Translations under genes and position numbers: made by a program | Part shown: positions 40,801 through 53,764 of the stretch, piece after piece | Numbering within the stretch: position 1 is the first letter of the stretch | Layout: each line of letters starts with the position of its first letter | Notes under the pieces: model-generated | Databases searched by the model: none | What the model saw: only the letters and a program-made list of their open reading frames with translations | What the model was told of the DNA's origin: nothing | NCBI RefSeq assembly: GCF_001447785.1 | Contig: NW_015169174.1 | Span: forward strand, 523,729-587,728 | Reading direction: 5' to 3' | Origin: Gekko japonicus | Lineage: Eukaryota | Length of the DNA: 64,000 nt

Positions 40801-41197
40801 GGTGGGAGCGGTGTTTCTGGGTGAAACATACAGAAGATGAGAAAATGCTGAAGTCTTGAGCACTTACCTTTTTTCTTCTTGGCATCTGCTCTGGACTTTG
40901 CTGCCTGAAGCAGTTATTTGCCCACTACTTCATACTATGGCTGCCCCTTCCATCCTTGTCAAGGATACTATGCACCCACTCCTGGAGTCCTAGTGTAAGC
41001 TGGTCTAGCCTCTGGGCTCCCAGCAAGCTAGCCCCATGTGTCCCCTAGAAACCGACCTCCTGCTCTTCCTCAAGCGCCAGCTTCTGTTCGATCAGTTCTG
41101 TGGCCCACTTCACTCCCTGATCAGCAGCAGCCATCTTTTCTGCATTGTCATGGAGTTGTGAATCCTCTTGACAGCTTTGAAATCCTGGCTCAGCCAT
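34768..41197 (-). CDS. ANKRD2: Ankyrin repeat domain 2 (muscle ankyrin repeat protein); exons 41197(or 41134)-41057, 40816-40703, 38597-38454, 38123-38016, 37044-36946, 36643-36545, 36268-36170, 35460-35362, 34866-34768 (333 or 312 aa)
   Basis: [41 protein letters not shown], four 99-nt ankyrin exons (FRRTALH, LDATAMH, LLSTPLH, EGDSALH) and [13 protein letters not shown]. All junctions are phase-0 GT-AG. Syntenic between HOGA1 and UBTD1. Confidence 0.95.
35025..35305 (-). mobile_element. tRNA-derived MIR/CORE-like SINE with L2-type tail
   Basis: Minus-strand head GCCAGTTTGGAGTAGTGGTTAG...GGGTTTGAGTCCC, core CTCTCAGCCCCACCTACCTCACAGG and a (TTC)n tail. Related copies at about 48410-48647 (+) and about 50565-50795 (-). 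Confidence 0.75.
35362..35460 (-). CDS. ANKRD2: ANKRD2 exon 8
   Basis: [21 protein letters not shown]...AKNL. Confidence 0.95.
36170..36268 (-). CDS. ANKRD2: ANKRD2 exon 7
   Basis: [13 protein letters not shown]...NSRDR. Confidence 0.95.
36545..36643 (-). CDS. ANKRD2: ANKRD2 exon 6
   Basis: [19 protein letters not shown]...VKDK. Confidence 0.95.
36946..37044 (-). CDS. ANKRD2: ANKRD2 exon 5
   Basis: [13 protein letters not shown]...DFRDR. Confidence 0.95.
38016..38123 (-). CDS. ANKRD2: ANKRD2 exon 4
   Basis: [17 protein letters not shown]...PDTSDE. Confidence 0.95.
38454..38597 (-). CDS. ANKRD2: ANKRD2 exon 3
   Basis: [17 protein letters not shown]...PEPEPEEI. Confidence 0.95.
38915..39400 (-). 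mobile_element. CR1 LINE 3' fragment
   Basis: ORF 39092-39292 ([23 protein letters not shown]...AFKYLK) matches the CR1 ORF2 C-terminus. Confidence 0.8.
40703..40816 (-). CDS. ANKRD2: ANKRD2 exon 2
   Basis: KHRS...[23 protein letters not shown]. Confidence 0.88.
41057..41197 (-). CDS. ANKRD2: ANKRD2 exon 1 (two in-frame ATGs, at 41197 and 41134)
   Basis: MAEPG...[28 protein letters not shown]. Donor GAG|GTCGGT. Confidence 0.85.
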
Positions 41198-41199
41198 CT

Positions 41200-41620
41200 T
41201 CCTAGCCCCTATACAGTATTCACTGGTTCTGACCCAGTCTTGTTGCAGCCACTGCTATAAAGACCTGATGCCTGGTTCTGTCTCAAGTGACATCCCTACT
41301 TCCCTCCCCTCACAAGCCTTTGTCATGAGTTCAGCCTGTCACATTCTTTCCTTGTCCAGCTGCCCAGAAGTCACCTTCCTAAAGTGTCCAGTTGCTGCTC
41401 AAAGAACCCTATCCCCAAAGGGAGACACATGAAGACCTATTCCCCACATTTGTATGGTGAGTGGGGGGAATGGCAGGGCGGAATGTTGGCTTAGAATCCT
41501 GTCAATTCCACATGGACTACTGCCTGCCTCCAGGTTAGAAAGGGGACAAGGATTGTGGCTTCATGCCCAGGTGCTGTCCTGTGAGTCATTACCATTCCTG
41601 GTAGATTTGTCTGTTATTCA
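41200..41620 (-). promoter_or_regulatory. ANKRD2: ANKRD2 proximal promoter
   Basis: TATA-like TTTATAG at 41255-41261. E-box CAGCTG at 41357. MCAT GGAATG/CATTCC at 41467, 41480 and 41593. AP-1 TGAGTCA at 41582. Confidence 0.5.
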
Positions 41621-43039
41621 TTCATACATTTGTACATAGACATACCTCACAAACCCATAAGCACACTGATACACCACCTCAGAAGTGAGAGTTCCAATAC
41701 AGATCTGAAAGTTCAAACGTATGAGCTGTAGCAGCTGAAATAAGAACATCTTTAATGTTCTATTCAGATATGAAAAGAGATAGCCATTATGTGAAAACTG
41801 TGAAATCCTGGGGTCATGCGCAATTCTCTCTAGAAGGGGGCATGTGATAATCTTATTCTAAATGTCCTCAATAGCTTTGTTTAAATGTCCCTCTGGTCTC
41901 CCAACAAAATTCTCTGCCACTATGAGAAGTGAAATGTTTCTTGTTTGATTTATAGCCTGCTCTGTCCTATGGTCTTAAAATGTCTTACAGCACTTTTCCC
42001 AAATACATTGCCATTCCCTAGCTACATTTTACATTTTTAGCCCATTGCTATGTGTACCACGTGCTCCCCTGGAGTCTACTTGCATGGCCACACACTCAAG
42101 CAGCTGGGCTCTGCCAGGAAACAGCTTACCAACCTGCCAAGCTGCTAACTTAGGCACAAAGCCTGGAACACTTTGAATAACATTGGGTGAGCTGGGGGCA
42201 GGGGAGAGGACAGCACCAGGAGTGCCTGAGCTATTTGTGGTGATGGACACACCGCTCTGTCTCTCACCGTCTCATTGCCCCCAAATTGTACCATGACAGC
42301 AGAGCAACTGAACTCATTCCTGAGCGCTCCTAGGTGCTTCTCCAAAGGACAGGGGAAAGGTCACGTTTTCTAATGACCCGTCCAAGAATTAATCACTTGA
42401 GGTTATATTTCCGGTGTAGCAGGCAGCTTCCATAAAGATACAGACTTGAATGATCGTATGCAGTCAAGCAATACTCCCTGTTTAGAGAAGGAGGCAGGAA
42501 GCCAATGTATTCAAACACATCTTGGACCACATTCCAATGGAGTTCAAAGCCACAGATGCTATTGTAACCATCCCTGTTTCAGAAGACACGTGGCAGTGGC
42601 CCTATCTCTACCGCAGCCTACAATACCCCGTTTTCACCCAAACAAGCCAGTCTCTGTAATTGTCAGGGCTGAATGGGACCTCCATATTCCAAGGCAGTGT
42701 GTCATTTGCTGGGAGGCAGCAGCAGTGGGAGGCTTTGGCCTGTGCCCCTGCCTGTGGGCTATCCGGTAGGCTGCTCTGAGAAACAGGATGGTGGATTAGC
42801 TGAAAATTCTTCTGATCCAACAAGGCTCCTCTTCTGCTATCCTGAAGATTAGCTAGTATAAAAATATATTATTTCTATCACTTGATAACAGGACATGCAT
42901 GCCAGTTCACACAATACTTGGGAGATTTGGAGAAATTCATAAGTACAATGCATACCGTGAATAAGTCTACCTGAGAAACTGTAATAGTTTATGTAACTGG
43001 GATTAATTAGATAGAAAGCCTCAGATACAGCATATATTC

Positions 43040-43125
43040 ATCTGACAAAGGGAGCTTTGACTCTTGGAAGTTTAGACCCTGAAAATCTTGCTAGTCTCTA
43101 AGGTGCTACTGGGCTAAAATCTAGC
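43040..43125. mobile_element. Penelope-derived short repeat
   Basis: TCTGACAAAGGGAGCTTTGACTC...GTCTCTAAGGTGCTAC. A related remnant lies at about 3937-4085. Confidence 0.55.
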
Positions 43126-44046
43126 ATATATTTAGACCCTCAGTGTGGATTGGTGTACACTTGTGTCTGGGCTTGACCTATCAGGCAGCAAAGTGGCCCT
43201 GGCAAAAGTGGCTAATGTGATATGTCATTTATTTTTCCTCCCTTCCCCTTCCTCGCTTGCAGGTGTACAGTTTACACCTGTGCAAATAATGTAAAGCAAC
43301 AGACAGGGTCTTGCAAAGTGCTCTTTTTCCTTTTTTTAAAAAAGTACACCTGGTGTAGTTCTAAAGTAACCTTGGGATGTATTAAATATTATTATTCAAT
43401 GTATTATTCTTGTATTTGTTTCAAGAACCACTATATTAGATGTGCCCAGAATCTGTTACCATTTCTATGTTTCCTTCCAACTATAAATAACATCATTAAT
43501 TTCAAAAATGCTATTGAGGGCTATTGTGCTTAACCCCCTTAACCATTCCTCTCCTGCTAAAGATTTCCTTCTGCCTCTTTATCTCTTCCCCATATGAGCT
43601 CTGAAGTTGGAAGTGAGCAATTATTTATACAGGGGAATCAGTGAATACAAGAAAAGTTAAGCATCTGTCTTTCTCATCCACTGATCTTCCTTTATAACTG
43701 CCTCTCTCTCCTGTTATTTCTAAATAATTTCTAGTTCCATCTTGAAACATGGCCTTGCATTTCATGGCAGTTTCGTGTCCCTATCTGACTCTTCTCATAT
43801 AAATCACCCATCTCCTCCTTCATAGCACCATGTCCCTTACTTTACAAAGGCCAGGTTGATAGGTATTTCTCCTTAGCCAAAGCAGGAACTCAGATTGTCT
43901 AATTCATGAGTCTGCTCCTTCCCACGAAGCATATGAATGCTTTCAAAAGTTAAGGAAATAGTTCAAAGCTTTCTTAAGATAAGGAACAAAACCAGGTTCA
44001 GGCTGAATCAGGCAACAGGACAGGTTCAGGGCTAGTTGGAAAAGGT

Positions 44047-44052
44047 TTTATT
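44047..44052 (-). terminator. UBTD1: Probable UBTD1 polyadenylation signal AATAAA
   Basis: Canonical hexamer about 750 nt past the stop codon, with TG-rich sequence downstream on the minus strand. Confidence 0.6.
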
Positions 44053-44795
44053 GATAAATTACACTGAGATCTATACATACAGGAACAATCCTCCATTTCC
44101 CCCATCTAGCTGAATAGCTGTCTATACATCCAGAATGTGTATCTGCCCCACTGGTTCATCACAGGTGACTGTGCAAACAGGACCAATCTCAGTATTACTA
44201 AGGCCTCATTCACTGGACCAGATACTGGAAACCAGATACAGCAGGATGTTTGACAAGGTATCCTGGCCTTGTGCCCAGCATGGTACTTTTTGTGGGGGAT
44301 GCTTTGGTCTCAGGCTCCCTAGAAAAGCTCCTTGATGCCCAATTGGCAAGATCTATGCTCAGTCCCTGAAGGGACTAAACACGCAATCCCTCATACAGGT
44401 TTATAAGCCCAGTGCACACGGCTCCAGCTGGGTTGGAGCTGAGGAGAAGAGGAGAAAGGCATGAGTTTCAATACCAACCTAGAAATGGGAGATAAAGGAA
44501 AGAGAGTCAATCCTTGGGGGGGGTCTGGGTGGTAAAAAAATGGTGCAATGAGTCACGAGAGGCAAACCATGGGAAGAATCCACCCTCAAGACTGGCCACC
44601 TGTGCTGTTTGCTACCCCTTGTCTGTGCCCTGCAGCAAGTGAATAGGTGCGATTCTCTAAGGGCCACCATAAAACCTTCCAGCCACAGTTCAGAGAACAC
44701 CGTCTGCTTTCCCAGGCACAAGAGCAGCCTCATGCTCATGGGCTGCAGCTTAGCCCCTGGGCCACAGAGTGGGCCCTGTGCCAGCCACCTCCAAC

Positions 44796-45181
44796 TCAGT
44801 TCCTTGGTGCAGGTGGCTGATTGATGATTACTTGAATGACAAAGTCCTTCTGGATTTTGGTTTCCTGAAGGCGGGTCCGGTCTGTCAGGAGCTTGCCAGA
44901 AAAAAACCAGCGCTGCCAGGCAGGCTCCAGCCCCTCCTGGGCAAAGAGCTGCTTTTTGAGCTGCCCAATAGTGTCAGTCATGCTGGCGCTCAGGCGCAGG
45001 TCCTTGCCGGTGGAGAGGCGCACTTTGAGAGGGAATTCACGCCGGGTGTGGGGTGCTGGCTCAGGGGGCTCCACGCCCTCCTCCTCGCTCCTCTCCATAA
45101 TCAGGTTGACAGGCGGGGCAAGGCAATACACGGGGAGCTGGTACCGGTTCCCCAGTTCATCATAGCACTCAGTAAGGGAGC
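44796..45181 (-). CDS. UBTD1: UBTD1 exon 3 (last)
   Basis: [19 protein letters not shown]...[12 protein letters not shown]. Confidence 0.95.
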
Positions 45182-46377
45182 CTGCAGGAGAATGAAGAAA
45201 CCAGTAGAGGGCATGAGAGGCATGGGATAAAAGTATGCCTTTCCACAGGCCTATTTAAGATGCTCCTAAATTCTATACAGAAATCTCCAAAGCCTATGAA
45301 ATAGAAGCTTTCAATTTTTTTCCCTTCAAATCTTGATCTCTTTCGTGATGCCCTCACATCTGATCATGTCCTCCTATATCCTAAATTCCTCCCAGTTCTC
45401 CCTCGCTCTCTCTGATATTCCCCAATCTTATCATGCAGTTTCAGACCACTTCCTGTTCCCAGCCTTTGGCTGCACCCTCCCTGTTCTCTTTGAACCATCT
45501 GAGCCTAATCTCTTCTAATGAATGTATATAAGACTGTCCAATCTCCAGTTCCAATTGTCTCCTCTTAGCAATGAGGTGAGTGAAAACGTGTCTAGACTAG
45601 TTTTCTAAGACCAGAGAAGAAAGCTCTCCACACCTATGAAATGCCACCCTCATGTTCCTGGGAACTCCCCAAAGTCATCGTATCCTACAGTTGAAGTCAG
45701 AAGGGCAATGGAAAGAGGTGGCACAATCTTGTCCAACAACCATGTTTGGAAGTTCTACTCAACCCGTGCTTGGAGGGTTGACCAGCAGGGATGGGACAAA
45801 GCTCACCATTCTCAGTTTTCCTCTTGAAAATGACAAGATATGAGCCTATGTCTGTCTGCCAAGTTCCCACTGGACTGTGGTCTTTGTTCCAAGAAAAAAA
45901 AAAGTGTACAGAGCCCAATGAAAGGTCTGAATATTTCCGGATGTAGACTTAAGCCCTGGGGGGGGGGGGAGAAGCATGGCTTCATAATCTTTTGCAAACA
46001 TGCATTTGTTGCACACACACATTGCACTTTTTGTAGGTGTATTGTCTGGTAACAGTAGCAGAGGAGAACAGTGTTGCCATTAGAAATCCACAATATAAGA
46101 CATTGTTTCTGCCTGGCAGAAAGACTCATCCCTGTTTCACCCAACGTACCATGGGGCAACGTAACACCAGCACCATCGATGATGGCCTGTGCTAGTCCAT
46201 GGTCATTCGCCTCCACAGCATAGGCGGCAGCTTTGAGTGCATCCCAGATCTCCTTGCGGCCCTCGAACGCTGGAGCTGTATCCCAGAACTCATCCCGCTT
46301 GCTTCGCAATTGCCCATCCGTCATAGGGTAATCACTCTTCCACTTGGGGCGCTCCTTCTTTAGAGGTTCATTGCGAC
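44796..46377 (-). CDS. UBTD1: Ubiquitin domain-containing protein 1, partial: exons 46377-46150 and 45181-44796; first exon not found in window
   Basis: [51 protein letters not shown]...[21 protein letters not shown]... followed by a ubiquitin-like domain. Synteny with ANKRD2 distinguishes it from UBTD2. Confidence 0.95.
46150..46377 (-). CDS. UBTD1: UBTD1 exon 2
   Basis: 228 nt, phase 1-1, AG/GT flanks. Confidence 0.95.
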
Positions 46378-49103
46378 CTGCAATGGTAGAGACAGACTTC
46401 AAATGATGCCTCAAAGACAGAACCCCTTCCCCTGCTGGATCCAGCTTCTTTTGCGTTTACAGGGGCTACTGTCCCATCTCTTCACAGACAAGCTCTGGTA
46501 CTTCCTCTCCCCCTGTGACGAGCTGCACATGGCCAATAACCACAGCTTTCTCCCACCCCCTGCTCAGAGTCTTAAGAGAGTTTTCCATCCTGGACAGTAT
46601 TTATAGCTCACAGAATTAGCCAGGGAATAAGCCACGGGGCTGCAGCCTGGTGGGTGGCAATAATTTGCAAAGCTGGGGGAGGCTGAACTCCTGGGAGGCA
46701 AAGACACTAGGAGAGGCGGAAGCATAAAGACTGAAGTCAGTTCAACTGGGCTATCTTCCTCATCATGCCACTGATTCCTGGGTAGCTCTTTCACTCCTAC
46801 TTCTTTGCCAAAGGCAGGATTCTCTAGATCAAAAACAGTCTCTGACAGACACTTACTGAACCCTTCTTTGTAAACATCTCATAAAAAGAAGTTCTGTATC
46901 ATTTTAAATCAACTGATTCCATTGTCTGATCTTCTAAAGTTTAGAGGTATCTGGTCCCTATACCTAAGAAATCAACTCTTTACCATTTTCATAACAATGA
47001 TACTAACATTTCTCACTATGACCCTCATCAGTCTCCTGCTCTGAAGATGCTGATTTCCTTCCTCCTTTCCTCAGTAAAAATGTTGCATTCTCAGTCTTAT
47101 CTTTATTTCTATCATCTACATCTTTCCTGGTTTGTCTATGAAATTATATGTCATTCAAGAACTGTGCACCACAGGCTAGCTCAGGAAAAACCAATACAAA
47201 TCTAAAAGCTACACAAAAGACTGAAAAACTCTCTCAAGGACAGAGTAACTTCCCCTTAATGAAGCAACAGAGAGTGTGGATCATAATTACTCAAGATGCA
47301 TAACTGGGCGGAAAAATAAGCACACCACGAGGAAAGACTGAACATTTACTAAACTCCCAATAAACTGAAACCTGTACTCAGAACATAAAAAGAACAAAAT
47401 GTTAACAAGATACATGCCCCCCACAATAACAACAAAAAAGAAAAATAATGTACAGATCTATTAAGTAGAATGCAGCATTGCACAGGAGGGTCTGGGAGAT
47501 ACAGAATAGCAAACCAAACATGAACCAACTTCTCTGATGCTGTTGTACAAAAAGTGAATCCCATTTTAGATAAAACAAGCTGGGGGCCTACAAAAAATTG
47601 CTGAGGGGAGGAGAAAATTTTGAACTCTCCCTCCAAGATTCTGTGAGCTCCCAGGGACATGAACTGGCTGACAGATTTCTCCTCCCCCACTTTCCCCCTT
47701 GAAGTGTGACACTCCACTCTCTCAGAATGTGCCAGAACACATTCAGTTCTTATCAATCTGGTTTTTGAGATCCCCCCCCCATTTTCTTTTAGTTAATTGG
47801 TAATGTAATGACCTCATATTTTTCTGAACATCTGAGGAGCCCCTCAAGTATGTAGAAACATTGACATTTGTTTGTGGCTGGCCTGGTTTGCTGTTTTCAA
47901 GACTGGCACGAGGGCCAGAAACATTATTCTTAGATCTAGTCATTAACACATACATCTGAGACTCGGGATGTAACTGTCACTGAGAACACTAATACAGGGG
48001 TTGCCACCTGCCACCACATATAATGATGTGGCAAACAGAGCCAAAATTATGAGCATAATTACTGGGGTATGTCTGAAACAGTTAGGAATGTTATGAGTTC
48101 CAAAACAAGAAGTGAACATATAGTAAAAAGGTCATTTCAAAATGTCAGGCACCTTGTAATGGCAATCAGTTGGGTGTTGGCGGAGGTGTCATGGGGACGG
48201 TGCCCCGGGAGCTCCACCCTCTATACACACAAGGAAGAGCCTGTCTTCGGCAGCTCAATTTTCCCCTCCCGCGTATTGAGACTAGCTCCATAAAGCCTCC
48301 AAACTAGTCATGGTTTGGTATTTTTCATTACTGTTTTATTTTCAGATTTCAAATTTATCTTCAGATCCCACTTTTTGACCAAAGTGGTTCATTAACATTC
48401 ATAAAGTAGTGATGTAGTGGATTGGATTGGATGTAGTGGGTTGGATTAGGATCTGGGGAACTTGGGTTCAAATCCCCACTTGGCCATGGAAGCTCACTGA
48501 GTGACCTTGAACTGTTCCTTCTTTCTCAGCCTAAACTGCCTCACTGGGATGTTGTTGTAAGGAGAAAATGGAGGAGGGGAGCATGATGTTGGAAGGCACT
48601 TTGGGTCTCCATTGGGGAGAAAACCAGGGTATAAATGTCTAAATAAAGCATAATTCCACTCTAAAGCCTAACAATGTAAAAACTCAAGCCAGAAAACAGA
48701 CAGGCCCATGAGATGGGGGGAGGGGGGAATCAGGTTGAAAACCAGCATTTTAAAATGCTGAACTCTACCAAACAGAAACAAAATACCCCTGGCCACTCTA
48801 GTGGAGGAGAGATCTGAGCAGCTGATCCAGGGACAACCGTGTGATGGCGTTTCCTTAGCCAGCCTGCTTCCATCCCTCCCCTTGTTCTCTCTTGCAGAGC
48901 AGTTGATGCTCATGGCTACCGTGGTGGGGGAGGGATCAGTCCTGCTGATTAAGGGGCAGGCATGTGATCTGGTGTCTGCTCTGGTCTCCCCTCTCCCACA
49001 AAGGCAGCTGTTCTTACACAGCTGCTGTGATTGTTCAGAGGACTCCAGGCCAAGAAGAGCTGGTTTTCAAACAAGGAGCCTTGCGATTCAATGAGGTGGT
49101 GAT

Positions 49104-49307
49104 CAGTGTTCCCTCTAAGCTGAGTTAGTGTGAGCTAGCTCACAGGTTTTTAGCCCCCAGCTCACAGGTTTTTGTCTTAGCCCAGGAAGGAGGGCTCCAG
49201 AGCAAACTAATTTATGCAGTATCCAAATTGCTTGCTCACAGCTTTAATGCCAGTAGCTCACAAAGTAGAACTTTTGCTCACAAGACTCCAGCTTAGAGGG
49301 AGTATTG
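49104..49307. mobile_element. hAT-type MITE (CAGTGTTCCCTCTAAGCTG family)
   Basis: TIRs and a perfect 8-bp TSD GTGGTGAT. Confidence 0.88.
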
Positions 49308-52300
49308 GTGGTGATCCCAGAATATTCTGCATGATGATCTAAGGGACCATCTGGGACAAAGGCTGCCTATCGGCATTTCAAAATCTCTTCTTAAGACTCT
49401 GAATACACATTTGTGACAAGTGATCCCAGGAATTAAATGCACAGGCACAGTGTACCTTACCACTCCTGGAAGTGGTTGCCCATACAGATCACTCAGATGA
49501 TATGCCCATAGCTGACCCTTGGGAGCAGCGGGAAAGAGATACCGGAAATCAGACAAGCTCAGGCTGAGCACAGCATTTGGGGGTGTTCAGCATCAGACCT
49601 CAATCCTAGTTCACACGGAGCCCTCAGAATACCCCCTGCTTGCCCAGAACCTCTCGGCATCTTCAGCCTCCTAGCCATGTTATGTGGAGAATAGCCAAGT
49701 GTGGCCTGGAAAGAGGGGCAGGAGGGGACGGCACGCGCAGGAAGAAGTTATTTTGATCTGACCCACCCCCATCTCCACTAGCTGCAGTCAGTGGAAATAC
49801 TGCCAGGATGTAAGCAATTAACGAACCATAATCTCTAGTGTACTGGAGATGGCAGGAAGACATTGATTGGCTGCAGCTTACTGAGAATGGTAGGAGACAC
49901 CAAGTGCCCTGCCCCGTATGTAAGGAAACAGAGCCAGCAGCTATACAGGCTCAAAGCTTTCTTACAAATTTCAACCCTGGGCTCCAGAGCATGCAAGAAA
50001 AATCACACAGTGGTGGTGGTGGGGAACTGACTGCACTCTGGCCACATGATGGAGAATCCTCAGCCTGATGCCAAGAATCAGGGAGCAGCATGGAGTACCA
50101 TGACCCTCTTAGGGCTCCCTCATTCCCAATGGTGCTCCAAGCAAACACTACTTAAATGTTCACAGGATCACCAAGCTGTGTGGAGTCAGGGGGAGCAGCC
50201 AGGTTATGACATTCCTCCACTTCCACTGTGTTAGATTCATCAGGACAGAGCCTGTTCCAGGTTTAGGGGGCCATGGACAGAATGTCAAGGGGCCCCTTCC
50301 CTGCTACTGCACACCGCGCTCATGCCCCCTTCCCATTCACCCACATGGCTTTCCCCCACCACCTGCCCATGCATTCTTCCCCCACTCACAAGTCCTCACA
50401 CAGTCTGCATTTCCAACCACATATGATCCTCTCACAACAGCGCTGGGCACTGCACATGGCTAGGCGCATGGGTGATGTATGGGCAAGCAAGGGCAGAGGT
50501 GGTGGCACTGCGGTCCACCAGAAGCCCTGAGCACTGGCAGCTGCCCCCACCTCACGGCATTTTTTGTTTATTTACTTATTTATACCCCACCTTTCTCCCA
50601 GTACAGACCAAAAGTGGCCTACATTGTTCTCTTCTCCTCCACTTTATCCTCACAACAGCCCTATGGGGTAGGTTAGGCTGAGAGAGAGAATGACTGGTCC
50701 AAGATCACCCAGTAAGCTTCCATGGCCAAGTCAGAATTTGAACCTGGGACTCCCAGATCCTAGTCTAACTCTCTAACCACTACACACAAACTGGATCTCA
50801 GGCTGACCCCACCCCGTATCACAGTTTTTTTAAATTGTGGTGAGCATTCCCACCAACACAATGTGATTTCCTTCTTGATTTGTACATATCCTCACAATTG
50901 GAGACTGCAGAGGACTGGTAAGAGACACTGGTGTGGCAGAGCTCAGGTATAAGATGGCCAGTGAGAAGGCAGCAACTCCTGCAAGGAGCCCCCTTAACCA
51001 AAGGCAGATACTGAATCCTAGTTCAGCCTAAACAGAGTTCTTTTTTGTAGGAACTGACAATGTCCTGAACTCATCCATATTCTACTACAGTCCAGCAGAA
51101 AGGTATCAGTGTCATTGATAGAGATGTGGAGGCATACTGCTTCATTAAGCCTATACATTTGAAATGCAGTAAGCATGTGCTCACATTTTAGTATAGGACT
51201 GCTGCTTGGATGCATCATTAATCCCTGTTGACTCCTGCCCATCAAAAAACCACAAATCCCAATCATCACTAGGTTACCAGGAAGTGTATTTTATTGTGGG
51301 GTCACCAAATCCCGGAGAAGAGATCGCAAACACTAATTGTTTCAGAAAAATCAATACAATTCTCCTGTCTAGATACAACCTCTCCTTAGTACTTGCAGGG
51401 TGGGCAGAACACATACAAACAGAGTAAATAATGGAAATTATGCAAGATGCAAATTTAAAAGTAATTTCATTTTATTAGCTAAAGGTTTGAGGAAAGGGTA
51501 GAGAGATTTTCAGGAACAGTACATGCAAGGAAGAAAGAAGACATACTGGAGGCTCCAAAGCTTTCTTCCATCACCAGGTGGAAGTCCCAAAGAGCCCCTT
51601 CAGGCTTCTAAGAAGCTCTTCACTGCAGCCCACATGCTAAGCTTTCATTTGCAGTTCTAAGAGCTAGAAATGTAATATTTTAAAATCAAAACTGAGAATT
51701 TCCCAGGATGCTGAACTCTGAAACAGATACAGGATGCACATAGCTCTGCAGACCCTCATGCAACCCTAACCCTTGCTTCCCTAACTACTACATCCTTTTG
51801 CCCCGTCATTCACCAGGAAAATCTCCTGCAGATTCAGGTGGAGTACAGGTCCCTGCCTGTGGGTACACTTATTCTCAGTCAGTTGTCCCCTAGGAAGGAG
51901 GCAGAAGACGACCAGCTTCCTGAGCTGACCCTGCCCTGGCTGACTCTGCAAGGAGATTTAGTTTCAAGCCAGCTGTATAAGGAGCTTGTGCTGCAGGTTT
52001 AAGTCTAATCAGGGGTGGTCAGACGGAGAGAAAAGGCTATGGCAAGGCATGTTTACAGAAAGAAAGAACAATACTGAAAAGGCAAGAACAAATGCCCCAT
52101 CCTCAGTCTCCCAACATGTCAGCAATCCCTTGGCCTTTATGGGGGCCAGCATCTTTTTTTACTTTTGATGCATTTCCAGGCTGGTAAAGGGAACTTGCCA
52201 TTGAGACTAACAGCACTTTGGTTAGAGGAACTTTATCCGCAAAAATGCATAGGGATGTTTGGAGGCAGGCGTGGCGATAGGACTGCCATATGTACATAGT

Positions 52301-53764
52301 TTAAAGAGGAGCTATTATTTATTCGTTTATTAGGTAATTTAAAAATGGTCCCTTTTTTAAAAACCCTGTTGCTTAGCATGAACTCTGAAGTACAAAAAAC
52401 ACTGAGCTCCTAACTATCAGGTCAGTATAAAATCAGTTACGTGGCACCTTTAGCTGACATTCTGTGAAATAAAAGGCAGTGTTAGGCAAGGTCCAGCAGG
52501 AGCTATTGAAACCCCCAACTCCAGGCTCCTTCTAAGGTGGAGGCAAGAGAAACTTCCACTCAGGCCTTGCTTTGATCACCTGCTGAACACAGAGGGCTGC
52601 TGGCCCAAATGGGCCCCGGGCAGACTGTCCTGCCTTCTTCCTAACCCCAGCCATGTTAAGCTTCTCAGGTAATTAGCTTTAGAAAAATTGGCTCAATAGT
52701 GCAAGAAGCAGTGGCCATTGTGATAAACAGAAAATACCATTCATTTGGCTCCAGGGAAGACAGTTAGACTGTTCAAGAATGGACTTTATACAACTACTGC
52801 TTCCAGAGGAGGCCAGCCCACCATTCTATAACCCAGCATCAGCACATCTGTGTCCATCCATGTGCCATTCAGCCACCACTTAAGGACAATGTGTATGGTT
52901 GTCAGGTATAAACTATCAAAGTTTATCAGAGTATCAAACCCTGCCCATCACTTGGACTGCATGGAGGCAGTGAGAGAGTGCACAGGAATACCTCCTGCTC
53001 CTAGATCCTTGCAGTCAGAATATGGCCCCTCTGCTGCCTATTCACTTCCTACCACTGAGTTCTTAAAGCAACAGTCAAATTTTCCTGGATTACATGACAA
53101 CCCTCCTGACTATAATAGAAAGGTCTTATGAGATCAGGATTAGTTGATCCTGGACTCTGCCCCTGTTTGACTAAGAGATGTTGCTAAAAGGCATTCAGTT
53201 TACTGCCAGTTGTAGGAAGCCCACCTCTGGCCAACACAGAAAAAACATAATTTCTCATGAAGCAGATGTTTAGCTCTAGGCCAAAACCAAGAAGCTTCAT
53301 ACAAAGCAAGGCCTAAGAAAAGATATATGGTATAGAGTCCCCTTAGAATAGGGTCTATCTAGTACAGTATCATCTACTCTGTCTGGTCCCCCTGCACTCA
53401 GAGATCCTTTTCAGGAATAGACCCTTGGCCTTCTGCCTTCAAGCATTTGCTCTACAGCTGAGCTAAATTTCCCCCTAAACTCTGCAGATAATTGGGTCAA
53501 ACTTAGATATGAAAGACCTGGTTCAATGCTGTTGGGAAGTGGATTTTTCCCCGCTTCCTCACAGCATTGTGGTGCATCCGTGCATCTTCTGGGGTTTCCC
53601 TAGCTTTTCTCTGATCTTTTGCAATCCCACTTCACTCTGAAGTTTTGCACAAGATTGTAGTAAAGCTAAGTTGGTTACAGGGTGGGTGGGGAAATTCAGA
53701 TTTTCCCACCAACATGGAAGCCATTTTCCCTGATTTGGCCGCATAGCAACCATTACCTCCCCCG

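Noticed and set aside
49455-49483. Minus-strand MGNHFQE followed by a GTAAGG donor as an alternative UBTD1 first exon
   Set aside because: The donor is phase 2, but exon 2 needs phase 1. The next GT lies after a stop codon.
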